A DNA stretch of 64,000 nucleotides. Source: a virus. Under the pieces are notes generated by a model. The model did no database searches, was not told the origin of the DNA, and worked only from the letters and a program-made list of their open reading frames with translations. Shown piece by piece: positions 56,041 through 64,000 of the stretch. Positions within the stretch are counted from its first letter, which is position 1, and each line of letters begins with the position of its first letter. A program made the position numbers and the translations under genes. The stretch covers positions 11,452 through 75,451 of IMG/VR virus record IMGVR_UViG_3300031772_000013; one strand, given 5' to 3'.

Positions 56041-56229
56041 TCAGATCCGGTAGTCGCCGCTGAACCAGTCTTGAAGCACGCCGCCCTGTTGCACCGGCGG
56101 CACTGCCGGGGCCGGAGCCGGAGAGCGCCCCCAGTTTGATCGGATCCCTGCGCCAATCATCACGAGGCCCGAGGCGACGATGGCGAATGGGAACCAGCCC
56201 GGTAGATCATTTTGTTTTTTGTGGGTCAT
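56041..56229 (-). CDS. Small single-pass membrane protein
   Basis: WFPFAIVASGLVMIGAGI. Confidence 0.6.
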   Translation of the reverse strand: MTHKKQNDLPGWFPFAIVASGLVMIGAGIRSNWGRSPAPAPAVPPVQQGGVLQDWFSGDYRI

Positions 56230-56726
56230 GTCACGTACCTGTTACCTTCAGCCCAGTCCTGAAGCCCACACGTTGTAGCCTCGGCGGCCGAGAGCCGACG
56301 TCGGGCTCCAGGATAGAACCAGCCGGCAAGCGTCCACGGCTCGACGCGCACTATGTAGAGGTGTCGCCCGGCGATGCGTCGCAGCTCGGTCATGGCCGCC
56401 TGAAAGTCGGACACGTACTCCAGCACGCAGGCCACGAAGACGACAACAGAGTCGTCGGCGAACGGGAGCGGTTTCGTGATGTCGGCTCGAATGAAGTTCG
56501 GGCAGGTGCTCTCGCCGAGGTCTACTGTGACGTCACCGCAACCGTAACCAGCCGTCACACCGCCGTCGGGCGCTCCGACGACTACCAACGGTTTACCGAG
56601 CTTGAGCGCCTCCGCCTTGGCACACGCGAACTGTTGCCCGCGTAGATGCCGCCGCCTCGCCCACCAGGCGGTCTCCCACGTAGCTAGCGCACCGGCGCCG
56701 GCCAGGGTGAGCGGGAGCCATCTCAT
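56226..56726 (-). CDS. Membrane-anchored SAM-methyltransferase-like protein
   Basis: N-terminal hydrophobic segment. LVVVG...VDL...ADITKPLPFADDS...VLEY. Confidence 0.55.
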   Translation of the reverse strand: MRWLPLTLAGAGALATWETAWWARRRHLRGQQFACAKAEALKLGKPLVVVGAPDGGVTAGYGCGDVTVDLGESTCPNFIRADITKPLPFADDSVVVFVACVLEYVSDFQAAMTELRRIAGRHLYIVRVEPWTLAGWFYPGARRRLSAAEATTCGLQDWAEGNRYVT

Positions 56727-57127
56727 GCGCGTGCTACCATTTCGAAGAAGTACGGGTTCGTGAGCCCGTTGCGGGTCCGCCTGATCCGTTGCGCCGCTTG
56801 AGAGCCAGGTAGCCCGAGATCGACCAGGGCTAGCCCCGCAATCACTCCGGAACGGTTGCGCCCCTGCCAGCAAGTCACCAGCACCCGCTGCCCGGCGCGC
56901 ACTCGTCGCGCGACCTCGTGTGCGCTTCGTCGGATGAGCGCGCGTTCGCCCTGAGTCGGCGGGGGGCCGTCATCAAGCGGCGCGCGTAGCACGTCGTGTC
57001 CTGGCAGATCCGGCTGGTACTCCATCGCTGCGAGCACGATGGCGTCGAACGGGAGCCGCACACCGCGCGGCGGAGCGCTGCCCTGGGCGAGTTGACCGCT
57101 GGCCAGGAGGTAAGAATAACCCGCCAT
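56723..57127 (-). CDS. Dual-specificity (CX5R) phosphatase
   Basis: PLDD acid loop. VLVTCWQGRNRSG. Confidence 0.85.
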   Translation of the reverse strand: MAGYSYLLASGQLAQGSAPPRGVRLPFDAIVLAAMEYQPDLPGHDVLRAPLDDGPPPTQGERALIRRSAHEVARRVRAGQRVLVTCWQGRNRSGVIAGLALVDLGLPGSQAAQRIRRTRNGLTNPYFFEMVARA

Positions 57128-57309
57128 CAGGCCGTGACCCCCGCGGCATCGATCCACGCACTTCCGTTCCACCAGATCGGCTCGTCGAGCGACGTATCCC
57201 AGTAGAACTGAGTGACGGTCGGGTTCGTGGGCCGCGCTGCGGTAGGCCCGAAGATCGGGAACGGGGTCTCAGTGTCCGCTGGAATGTCCGTGACAGGTGT
57301 GTAGCTCAT
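57127..57309 (-). CDS. Small fibre/decoration-type structural peptide
   Basis: G.TAARP...YWDTSL..PIWWNGSAW.DAAG. Confidence 0.55.
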   Translation of the reverse strand: MSYTPVTDIPADTETPFPIFGPTAARPTNPTVTQFYWDTSLDEPIWWNGSAWIDAAGVTA

Positions 57310-58085
57310 ACGAGTGCTCCGTTGAACCGGACGCTCGACAGCCGGAAGGCCCGGATGATCTGGTTGATGGAGTCGCCTGTGACGAGCATGAGAGCCGGCG
57401 TCTTGTTCGGCGACTTCGGAAGTCCGCCGTCGAGCGAGTTGGCCTCAGCGAGCTTCGCATTCGGGTACGCCGCGAGGATGGTCGAGAGCTTGTAGCTGCT
57501 TGCTGGCCATCCGGCCGTGAACCCGTATGTCGGTGGCGCTGCCCCTTGCACGTCGGGGGCCACGTACGGGGGGCCGGCGGCAGGCACCGCCGCGCTGAGC
57601 CCATTGACGATCAGAAGGTTGTTCGATGCGCCAAGCCAGGTAGTTGTGCGACTGCCGTCTAGGTTCAGGACGGTGTTGCCATTGTTCAGTACGGCGGCTG
57701 AAGCCGGATCGATCACGCCGATCTTGAAGGAGGTGCCGTTGCCGTACACATCGATGATGAGGTTCGCGTACACAGGCAAGCCGCTGGTCGCAGGATTCAG
57801 ATCAAGCCACGTCCATTCGATGCTCGACAGCAAACTGAGCGGCAGTCCGTTGCCTACCCGGAAGCCCAGGATGCACTTGTTGCCAGTGCCGCCTCCATTG
57901 TAACCACCAGCCGTGTTACCGCCGCTCTGGGCGTGCAGCACAGGAAACATTGTGTACGGCGCTTCGACGTGCGCCGAGTTGACGGAGCAATCAACGCGGT
58001 TCTGAAAAGCGAAGTCGCTCGCGGCCCCCGTCGAACGCGAAGGGTACGTCTCTCGTGCGTAGCGACCTAGACCGATGATGTGCAT
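57306..58085 (-). CDS. Beta-rich putative virion protein with N-terminal IGLGRYARETYP motif
   Basis: Shared motif. Gly/Asn/Ser-rich. Confidence 0.6.
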   Translation of the reverse strand: MHIIGLGRYARETYPSRSTGAASDFAFQNRVDCSVNSAHVEAPYTMFPVLHAQSGGNTAGGYNGGGTGNKCILGFRVGNGLPLSLLSSIEWTWLDLNPATSGLPVYANLIIDVYGNGTSFKIGVIDPASAAVLNNGNTVLNLDGSRTTTWLGASNNLLIVNGLSAAVPAAGPPYVAPDVQGAAPPTYGFTAGWPASSYKLSTILAAYPNAKLAEANSLDGGLPKSPNKTPALMLVTGDSINQIIRAFRLSSVRFNGALV

Positions 58086-58094
58086 GTTCTGCTT

Positions 58095-60227
58095 TCACGC
58101 CGGGTACGGCACATAGGCAGAAGGCGGACCGCTGAGCGCGCCGCCCGCCGCGATGGATGGACGCGCCGTCAGTACGTCGTTCTCGATCGCGAAGAGGTAG
58201 TCGGTGCCGTCGGGGCCGCGCACGGCTCGGGGGCGACCCCTAGATCCGTGGACGGCAGACCTCCCCGCCCGGTCCATCTCTCGGGACATGTCGGCGATGG
58301 GAGGCCCCCACGTTTTCGAATCGACATCGAAGCAGGCGCCAAGTGCGCCAAGCGCGCCGCCCTCGCGCCGCCACCGATTCGCGTCCGAGTCCCAGTTCCA
58401 TCGCGCCACGGTGCCTGTGTAGTTCCGGCCTTGCGTCGACTCAAGAAAGCGCATCTCCTCGACGGTCGCATCGTGGTTGGAGAGCCACACGGGGCCACGT
58501 TGCACGATTGGCGCCCCGTTGGCGTACACGGTGAACCATCGCCAGGCGCTCGAACCCCAGAGCGATCCGACCCCGAGCGCGCTGTTCGGATAGGGCGGGT
58601 ACTCGGGGATCGGCGCTGCCGGTTCAGTAGACGGAGCGGCTCGCGGCCCTGTGGCCGCGGCAACGGCCGGCCGCCTTGTCGGGGGCTCCCTCAACGCGGG
58701 AGGCTTCGCCGGTGCGGCAGAAGCAATGGGTTTTGGCGCAACGGCCGGTTGCCTTGTCGGTGGCTCCCTCAGCGCGACCCGCGGTCCGGTGGGAGCGCTG
58801 GGCGTAGTGGCCGGCGGGCTTGGTGCGGGGGGCTTCGCCGCCACGGCCTTGGTTTGCGCTGCTGCCACGGCCGCCGCCGCCGCAGAGGCCGCCGCAGAGG
58901 CTACCGATGGAGCGCTCACGACGTTCTTGAGCCACGGGACGTGCTGCGTCTGCGCTTTCAGCGCCACATCGAAGCCCTGACGCACATCGGGAGGGAGCTG
59001 GCTTCGCGCCGCGATCAGCGCCTTCTCGTTGATCCCCGCGTGGCTCAGGAGCCCCGCAGCGAGCTGGAAACCCTCCGTCGCTTTGCCGGCCGCCACGCCC
59101 TTGAGCGCCGCCGCGAGTCCCGGCGTTGCCGTGATCGCGTTCTTTCCCGCGGCTACGATCGATTGCAACTGTGCAGGCGCAAGGCTCGCCAGCCCGTTAG
59201 CGAGAGCTGTTTGAATCTTTTCGCCCGTGGCGACAGCGAGCCCGATATCGAACGCTTTCTGCGCTGCCGGGGGGAGCTGCGATCGAGCGGCCTCGAGTGC
59301 GATCTTGCTGACATTTTCACCTTGTGCAACCTTGATCGCTGCATCGAATCCCGCGGCAACCAGAGGCCCGCCAGGCAGAGCATTGCGGATCGCGGCCTTT
59401 GCCGCTTCCGTGATGCTCTGCCCCTCAGCGAGCGCGAGACCGGCACTCATCGCCATAGCCACGCCTGTCCCAATCCCGGGCACGACGGATATGACCATTT
59501 GCGCGTACGGTGCGGCCTCTTTGACGATCTTGACCTGATCCTTGAGGTGGTTGACGAGCGCGTGATCCAGTCGAGCTCCGGAAGCGATCGATGTCGCGAG
59601 CTTGGCGGGGGCCGATGCGGCATCGTTCACGATGCGAGTCACGTCGCCGACAAAGGGTATCTTCGCCGTAGCTGCGGCGACGATTTTGGTAGGGGCCGTG
59701 ACGACGGTCGTGGCGACATCAACAGCTTTTTCGAGGATGTTCTTCTTAGGAGCCAGGACCGGATTGATTTTCCAACCACCAGTCCGTGCGTCCAAGACCG
59801 GCGTGCCCCGCGCGTCGAGCCAGACCAGATTCCCGTCATCCTGAAAGACGATCCGCGCAGCGTCACTCCTTGGACGTATGTCCATGACCACTCCGCCTTT
59901 AGGATCCGTGAGCACTAGGCTACCGCCGGGTGTCATTGTCGCCCGAGTCGCTGGCGTGTTGTGAGCGTGCGACCACCAGAGTGCGGTGTATTGTCCTCTG
60001 CCGTTCGGGCCATAGAGGACGAGATTCCCCGCGCTTTGCATGATGACCAAGCCGCCGTTCTTCGTTACGAGCGCGTCTCCTCGATCGAGGTATTGCCCGG
60101 GGCGAAGTTCGCTGCCCTTCGCCTTGTAACGAGGTAGCGAGACCAGTCCTCCAACACCGACCGTCGGGACGGCTCCGAGCCCGAACGGATCAACGAGGCG
60201 CCCAGCGATGCGAATCGGAGAGAGCAT
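58095..60227 (-). CDS. Bulb-type (B-)lectin domain + Ala-rich helical region + Pro-rich linker + C-terminal domains
   Basis: L.PGQ.L, MQSAGNLVLY, LWWS, FQDDGNLV. Confidence 0.75.
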   Translation of the reverse strand: MLSPIRIAGRLVDPFGLGAVPTVGVGGLVSLPRYKAKGSELRPGQYLDRGDALVTKNGGLVIMQSAGNLVLYGPNGRGQYTALWWSHAHNTPATRATMTPGGSLVLTDPKGGVVMDIRPRSDAARIVFQDDGNLVWLDARGTPVLDARTGGWKINPVLAPKKNILEKAVDVATTVVTAPTKIVAAATAKIPFVGDVTRIVNDAASAPAKLATSIASGARLDHALVNHLKDQVKIVKEAAPYAQMVISVVPGIGTGVAMAMSAGLALAEGQSITEAAKAAIRNALPGGPLVAAGFDAAIKVAQGENVSKIALEAARSQLPPAAQKAFDIGLAVATGEKIQTALANGLASLAPAQLQSIVAAGKNAITATPGLAAALKGVAAGKATEGFQLAAGLLSHAGINEKALIAARSQLPPDVRQGFDVALKAQTQHVPWLKNVVSAPSVASAAASAAAAAVAAAQTKAVAAKPPAPSPPATTPSAPTGPRVALREPPTRQPAVAPKPIASAAPAKPPALREPPTRRPAVAAATGPRAAPSTEPAAPIPEYPPYPNSALGVGSLWGSSAWRWFTVYANGAPIVQRGPVWLSNHDATVEEMRFLESTQGRNYTGTVARWNWDSDANRWRREGGALGALGACFDVDSKTWGPPIADMSREMDRAGRSAVHGSRGRPRAVRGPDGTDYLFAIENDVLTARPSIAAGGALSGPPSAYVPYPA

Positions 60228-60293
60228 GATGTCAATATCGTATCATTGTTTCACGGAAGCAGGAATCGGGCAGTTCGCTGCGATTTCGCTGGA

Positions 60294-60473
60294 TTAGCTC
60301 CCGTCGAGCGTGTCGCTGTCCTCGTCGTCGCTGAGATCGTGGATCTCGATGACGGGGGCACCGCAACGAGCGCACTTGCCGTACACCACGCGAATGTGTT
60401 GCTGCGGGCCTTCCCGGACGTCGAGTTCGTCGTACGAGTGCCCGAGGAGGAAGCAGAGCAAGCGGGCGAGCAT
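60294..60473 (-). CDS. Small Zn-binding protein (LC.LLGH...C.RCG)
   Basis: DUF1660-like pattern. Confidence 0.5.
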   Translation of the reverse strand: MLARLLCFLLGHSYDELDVREGPQQHIRVVYGKCARCGAPVIEIHDLSDDEDSDTLDGS

Positions 60474-60511
60474 GGGGCGTTCTAGCGTAGCTCTCGCGTC
60501 CCCGTCTGACT

Positions 60512-61081
60512 TCAGCCGTAGATTTTGTCGAAAGCTGTCGCGATGTAAGCGCTGCCGCTCCCGATGACATTTCCGAATGTCGCCTTGAGGAGCAGGATGT
60601 CTCCCGCGACCCATGTGACGTTTCCGAAATCCACCGGATCGCCGGAAGCGATAACGAGCGCTTGAGGAAAAGTGATCGTGCCGACGCTGGCAAACTGGTC
60701 CCAGGGCACCGTCACTGAGTTCCCTGTTGGGATGCCGTTGACGGTCCACTGAAGCTGAACGTCGTCGCTCCCATCTGTTGACAGATCGAACGCACGTCCG
60801 ATGCGTGCTTGCCCAATCCGTCCTGGTAACACCTCGGGGCCGAAGAGTAGCGGCCCGAGAGGGCTGATTGGGTCACTGACTGAGATGAACGTAGATCCGA
60901 ATAGAGCCGCGAGGAGAAACTCCCCGAGCACGTAATAGTCCCCCGGGGCAATCACGGGTGAAGACACGTCGTTCTGAATCCCAATGGAGAAGTGTTGATC
61001 CAGGTTGGCCCCGACGCCACCGCCGCTCCGAGTCGGGTACGTTTCGGTTGCGTAGCGCCCTTTGCCAATGATTTTGCTCAT
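60512..61081 (-). CDS. Beta-rich putative virion protein with N-terminal IGKGRYATETYP motif
   Basis: Shared motif followed by a Gly linker. Confidence 0.6.
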   Translation of the reverse strand: MSKIIGKGRYATETYPTRSGGGVGANLDQHFSIGIQNDVSSPVIAPGDYYVLGEFLLAALFGSTFISVSDPISPLGPLLFGPEVLPGRIGQARIGRAFDLSTDGSDDVQLQWTVNGIPTGNSVTVPWDQFASVGTITFPQALVIASGDPVDFGNVTWVAGDILLLKATFGNVIGSGSAYIATAFDKIYG

Positions 61082-61095
61082 GGGATGCGAGTTCC

Positions 61096-61569
61096 TTACC
61101 GCTCATCAAGAAGAGTCCCGCCCACTCTCGTGAGCAGAGTGACTCCGTGGTGCAGTCCCCAAGGTAGCACGGGTCCGCCCGGTTCGTGGAAGTGCTGCTC
61201 GACCCAGGTCGCGTACGTCCTTCCGTCGCTAGCGACAAACGGCAAGAGCTTCCCGTACGGCATCGACGTGAAACCTGGCGCGCTCACGAGCGCGCTCGCG
61301 GCGCCTCTGAGTTCCGGCAGCGCGGCTACCTCGGCGCTTGTCGCGCGGCGCCAGCTGGTAGGCACAGCGAGCGCGACGCGCGTGGGCTCACCGAAGGTCT
61401 GAGGAGGCGACGGAAGCGGCGCCGCCTCTGCTTTTTTCCGTGTTAGGAAAAGGAAGGATGCGAGCCCTCCTCCGATCGCGAGCCACAGGAGCGGCTTTTT
61501 CAGCACTGTCTGGCGCACGTTCCTGTCGCGGGCCAACTCGAGCACCTTCATGTGCATCACGGCCTCCAT
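61096..61569 (-). CDS. Single-pass membrane protein
   Basis: LLWLAIGGGLASFLFLTRKK. Confidence 0.6.
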   Translation of the reverse strand: MEAVMHMKVLELARDRNVRQTVLKKPLLWLAIGGGLASFLFLTRKKAEAAPLPSPPQTFGEPTRVALAVPTSWRRATSAEVAALPELRGAASALVSAPGFTSMPYGKLLPFVASDGRTYATWVEQHFHEPGGPVLPWGLHHGVTLLTRVGGTLLDER

Positions 61570-62315
61570 GGGTGTCTGACCGGTACGGGCCTGAAGCCCA
61601 GCGGCGGGAGGATAGGCTCCGGTCTCGGCCTTGGTTGCGGCTCAGGCTCCGGGGCGCGAGCGCTCATCGCCTTGTAGACGCCGTAGCCGGCCGCAGCGAC
61701 GAGGGCAACGACCCCGACCGCAGCCGCCGCAACGCCAGATCGATTCGGTGGTCCGAGTGGCGGCGTGACGGCCTCGTGGCAGATCGCTGGGAAGCTGCCG
61801 ATCGTTCCGTTCGCTCGGTTGAGCACACGCTGCATGTACGATCGCGTGTCGCCGACCGTTATGACGCCGTTCTTGTCGAGATCGAGCTGCGGGTTGCTGG
61901 CGTACGCGGCTGATCCTTGAGTGAAGACAGGCGTGTCGTCGGACGCCCCGATGAGGTTCGGCTTTCCGAGCACTGCCAAGAAGTAGTCTTCGATTCGTGC
62001 CGGTATTTGTCCGCGGAGGCTCGTTTCGAAGAACCGCTCGACGAGAGGGAGTTGCTCTTCGGCGCTCATGGCGCGTATTTGCGCCGTCGTCGTACCTAGG
62101 GAGGCCGCCGTTGATTCGATGAATTGAATGAGCCCGCTAGCAGAGCCGCCAGGGTTCTTTGCGGCAGGGTTGAACGCGCTCTCCTCGCTGATGACGAGCG
62201 CGATGCCGTTTGGATCCCAGCCGTGTCTCCAAGACATCTCGACGAGCTTGCACAGAAACGCGGTCGTGACGGTGCTGATACCAGGCAGAGCCAGAAGCGC
62301 GGTTTCGATCTGCAT
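61557..62315 (-). CDS. Lytic transglycosylase/lysozyme-like protein with C-terminal TM anchor
   Basis: EESAFNPAAKN...SASGLIQF...EQL...N..LDLDKNGVIT. TM segment VAAAAVGVVALVAAAGYGVY. Confidence 0.82.
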   Translation of the reverse strand: MQIETALLALPGISTVTTAFLCKLVEMSWRHGWDPNGIALVISEESAFNPAAKNPGGSASGLIQFIESTAASLGTTTAQIRAMSAEEQLPLVERFFETSLRGQIPARIEDYFLAVLGKPNLIGASDDTPVFTQGSAAYASNPQLDLDKNGVITVGDTRSYMQRVLNRANGTIGSFPAICHEAVTPPLGPPNRSGVAAAAVGVVALVAAAGYGVYKAMSARAPEPEPQPRPRPEPILPPLGFRPVPVRHPWRP

Positions 62316-62857
62316 CAGATCACCGCCCGCGCAATCTCTTGCGCCCAAATCCGATAACCGTCTGGGGTCGTCGGATGCAGGCTGTTGGCCATGGGTAGCG
62401 TCGGCGCCGGTACCGTGCTCACACCGAGAGATGCGATGACAGCGCGCATCGCTGGCGAGTTCACGGCCGCAGGCGGCTCGATCCACACGACGCGAGCGCC
62501 GAGGCCGTGGAGCCCCCGTACGAGGATCTGGTAGTTCGCCGGGTTCGGTGCGGTGCCGTCGTTGACGCCCAGGCTCACGAGCACGATGTCGGGCTTGAAC
62601 GACGTGAGCCAGGCGCCGCACTCACCGCATTTTTGTGAGCCGTGCGCCCACTGCGACGTGTTCGTCCCCTGGTGTCCCTCGAACTTGAAATCGGGCAAGA
62701 GCTTCGCGAGCTCCGGCCCGAGCCCCTCGGCGTACGAGTCCCCGATGAGAGCCACGCGCGGCGCCTTAGACTCGGAGCGCTTGGCGCGCAGGATGGCTAC
62801 GGTTACGCCAAGGACGAGACCGATGCCACCGAGTGCTTTCCAGGGAACGCCGGCCAT
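62315..62857 (-). CDS. SGNH/GDSL hydrolase with N-terminal TM anchor
   Basis: IGDS, G, LGVND, LHP..GY..WA. Confidence 0.85.
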   Translation of the reverse strand: MAGVPWKALGGIGLVLGVTVAILRAKRSESKAPRVALIGDSYAEGLGPELAKLLPDFKFEGHQGTNTSQWAHGSQKCGECGAWLTSFKPDIVLVSLGVNDGTAPNPANYQILVRGLHGLGARVVWIEPPAAVNSPAMRAVIASLGVSTVPAPTLPMANSLHPTTPDGYRIWAQEIARAVI

Positions 62858-62865
62858 TGATCTCC

Positions 62866-63192
62866 CTACGTGCGGAACACGGCCCAGGAGAAGGTTATAG
62901 ACCCGCCCGGCCACCCCTCTTCGCCCACGTCCGCTATGTTGAACCGGATTTTGTCGTCGAAGACGTTGATGTGGGGGAGAATGAGGATCGAGATGGGCTT
63001 GACGTCGGATCCGAAGATGATGGCGCACGAGTCGCCGCTGCGGGCACCGGGAACGGAGAGGGTGATGCTGACGCCCGGGAACCCCGCCGGAAACTTCGCG
63101 ATGTCGATCTTCGTCTTCCCGGCGATGTTGGACGCTCGTGCCTCTGGGTACGTTTCGCCTGAGCGCCGGCCTCGTCCTGTACCGTACGCCAT
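62866..63192 (-). CDS. Small beta-rich putative virion protein with divergent G.GR...ETYP motif
   Basis: MAYGTGRGRRSGETYPEAR. Confidence 0.55.
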   Translation of the reverse strand: MAYGTGRGRRSGETYPEARASNIAGKTKIDIAKFPAGFPGVSITLSVPGARSGDSCAIIFGSDVKPISILILPHINVFDDKIRFNIADVGEEGWPGGSITFSWAVFRT

Positions 63193-63437
63193 GGGCACAT
63201 GCTATCTCGAAACGTTAGCCTCGTGCACGCTCCGGGCCGTGGGAGCGCGATTTCCAGCGCTTTTCGGCCTCATGGATTCGTGTCGCAGCAGGTTGCGCGT
63301 CCGTCACGGGCGTCGTGCCAAAATCCACTTCGGTCTCAGTGACCGAAGGGAAGTTGCGGATCTGTTTTGGGTCAACGAGCGACATCGGGAATTTTTAGTA
63401 ATGGTCTCGCTCTACTGTTTGCAGAGCCGTCGAATTA

Positions 63438-64000
63438 TCAGCCGGGCTTCTGCGGCAAACCGAGGGTTTCGAGAGCGGCGGCCGACCCGGCCAGTGCTCC
63501 AAGCAGAGAGTTATCCACGACTGCTATGTGGAAGGCGCCGTAATCGCCCACCAGGACAGGGAAGGTGGCGACTGGGGCGATGCCCGTAAACAGGTGAAAC
63601 ATGAACTGGCCGAGGCCAGCGAGCCCCGGCGGTGGCGGCGAGACAATGATGGGAACTTTCACGGGGTTCAGTTGAAAGCCGGGCGGGAATGGCCACACAA
63701 TTCCGAACGATGTCGGCGTCCCGACACCGCCGCCGTAATCGGTGAGAGCACCTGGCTCAAAGTACAGCCGAACGTCAGCCGAGTCTCCGACGATACGGTA
63801 GTTACCGAAAAATTTGCCGTCAGCTAGATCGGCGAACACGGTGTCCCATCCCCAGGTGTCGGTCACAACGTAGGTGCCCGCGCCAAATAGGATAGAGATC
63901 CCAGTACCCGGCACGACGTAGACCCCCGCTCCTGCCGGGACCGTGATGCCGGTGATGGTGGCGGCGATGGTGCTGGTGAGTGAGAAGATCGCAGTGCCCT
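63438..64000 (-). CDS. Beta-rich putative structural protein, 5' end beyond window
   Basis: Frame appears open to the window edge. Thr/Gly/Pro-rich. Confidence 0.45.
   Translation of the reverse strand, partial: GTAIFSLTSTIAATITGITVPAGAGVYVVPGTGISILFGAGTYVVTDTWGWDTVFADLADGKFFGNYRIVGDSADVRLYFEPGALTDYGGGVGTPTSFGIVWPFPPGFQLNPVKVPIIVSPPPPGLAGLGQFMFHLFTGIAPVATFPVLVGDYGAFHIAVVDNSLLGALAGSAAALETLGLPQKPG

Overview
A 64-kb internal segment of a large, GC-rich (roughly mid-60s %, judged by eye) bacterial virus or phage-plasmid. Genes are tightly packed with many ATGA/GTGA overlaps, and no host housekeeping operons are visible. (i) Replication/recombination block, about 17.7-32.7 kb: family A DNA polymerase, RuvC-like resolvase, SF2 and SF1 helicases, PD-(D/E)XK nuclease, PrimPol-helicase followed by an iteron/AT-rich putative origin, DEDDh exonuclease and ParB. 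(ii) Nucleotide and DNA-modification genes: ThyX, Dam-like MTase, a C5-MTase whose missing motif IX is encoded in an overlapping frame, a PAPS-reductase-like protein and MazG-like proteins. (iii) A Tad1-like anti-defence sponge, a rhomboid protease, and a complete one-piece tmRNA with tag ANDNSIALPVQKAA. (iv) A Cre-like tyrosine recombinase with a lox/dif-like site over its start. (v) A minus-strand, putative virion-protein block (49-51 and 56-64 kb) with membrane-anchored lysozyme and SGNH esterase, a bulb-type lectin protein and a dual-specificity phosphatase. Three proteins in this block, plus one displaced copy at 43.7 kb, share an N-terminal GxGRYAxETYP motif. (vi) The best candidate for an undescribed system: two clusters (0-4.5 kb and 39.5-49 kb) of beads-on-a-string proteins. 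They carry ADP-ribosyltransferase-like, kinase, GNAT and ParB/Srx domains separated by Gly/Arg-rich linkers with a recurring [VML]-x-E-[ADST] motif, which suggests a virion-packaged, protease-processed effector arsenal. No capsid, terminase, portal, maturation protease, reverse transcriptase or CRISPR array could be identified in the window. All family calls are motif recognition by eye; no searches were run.
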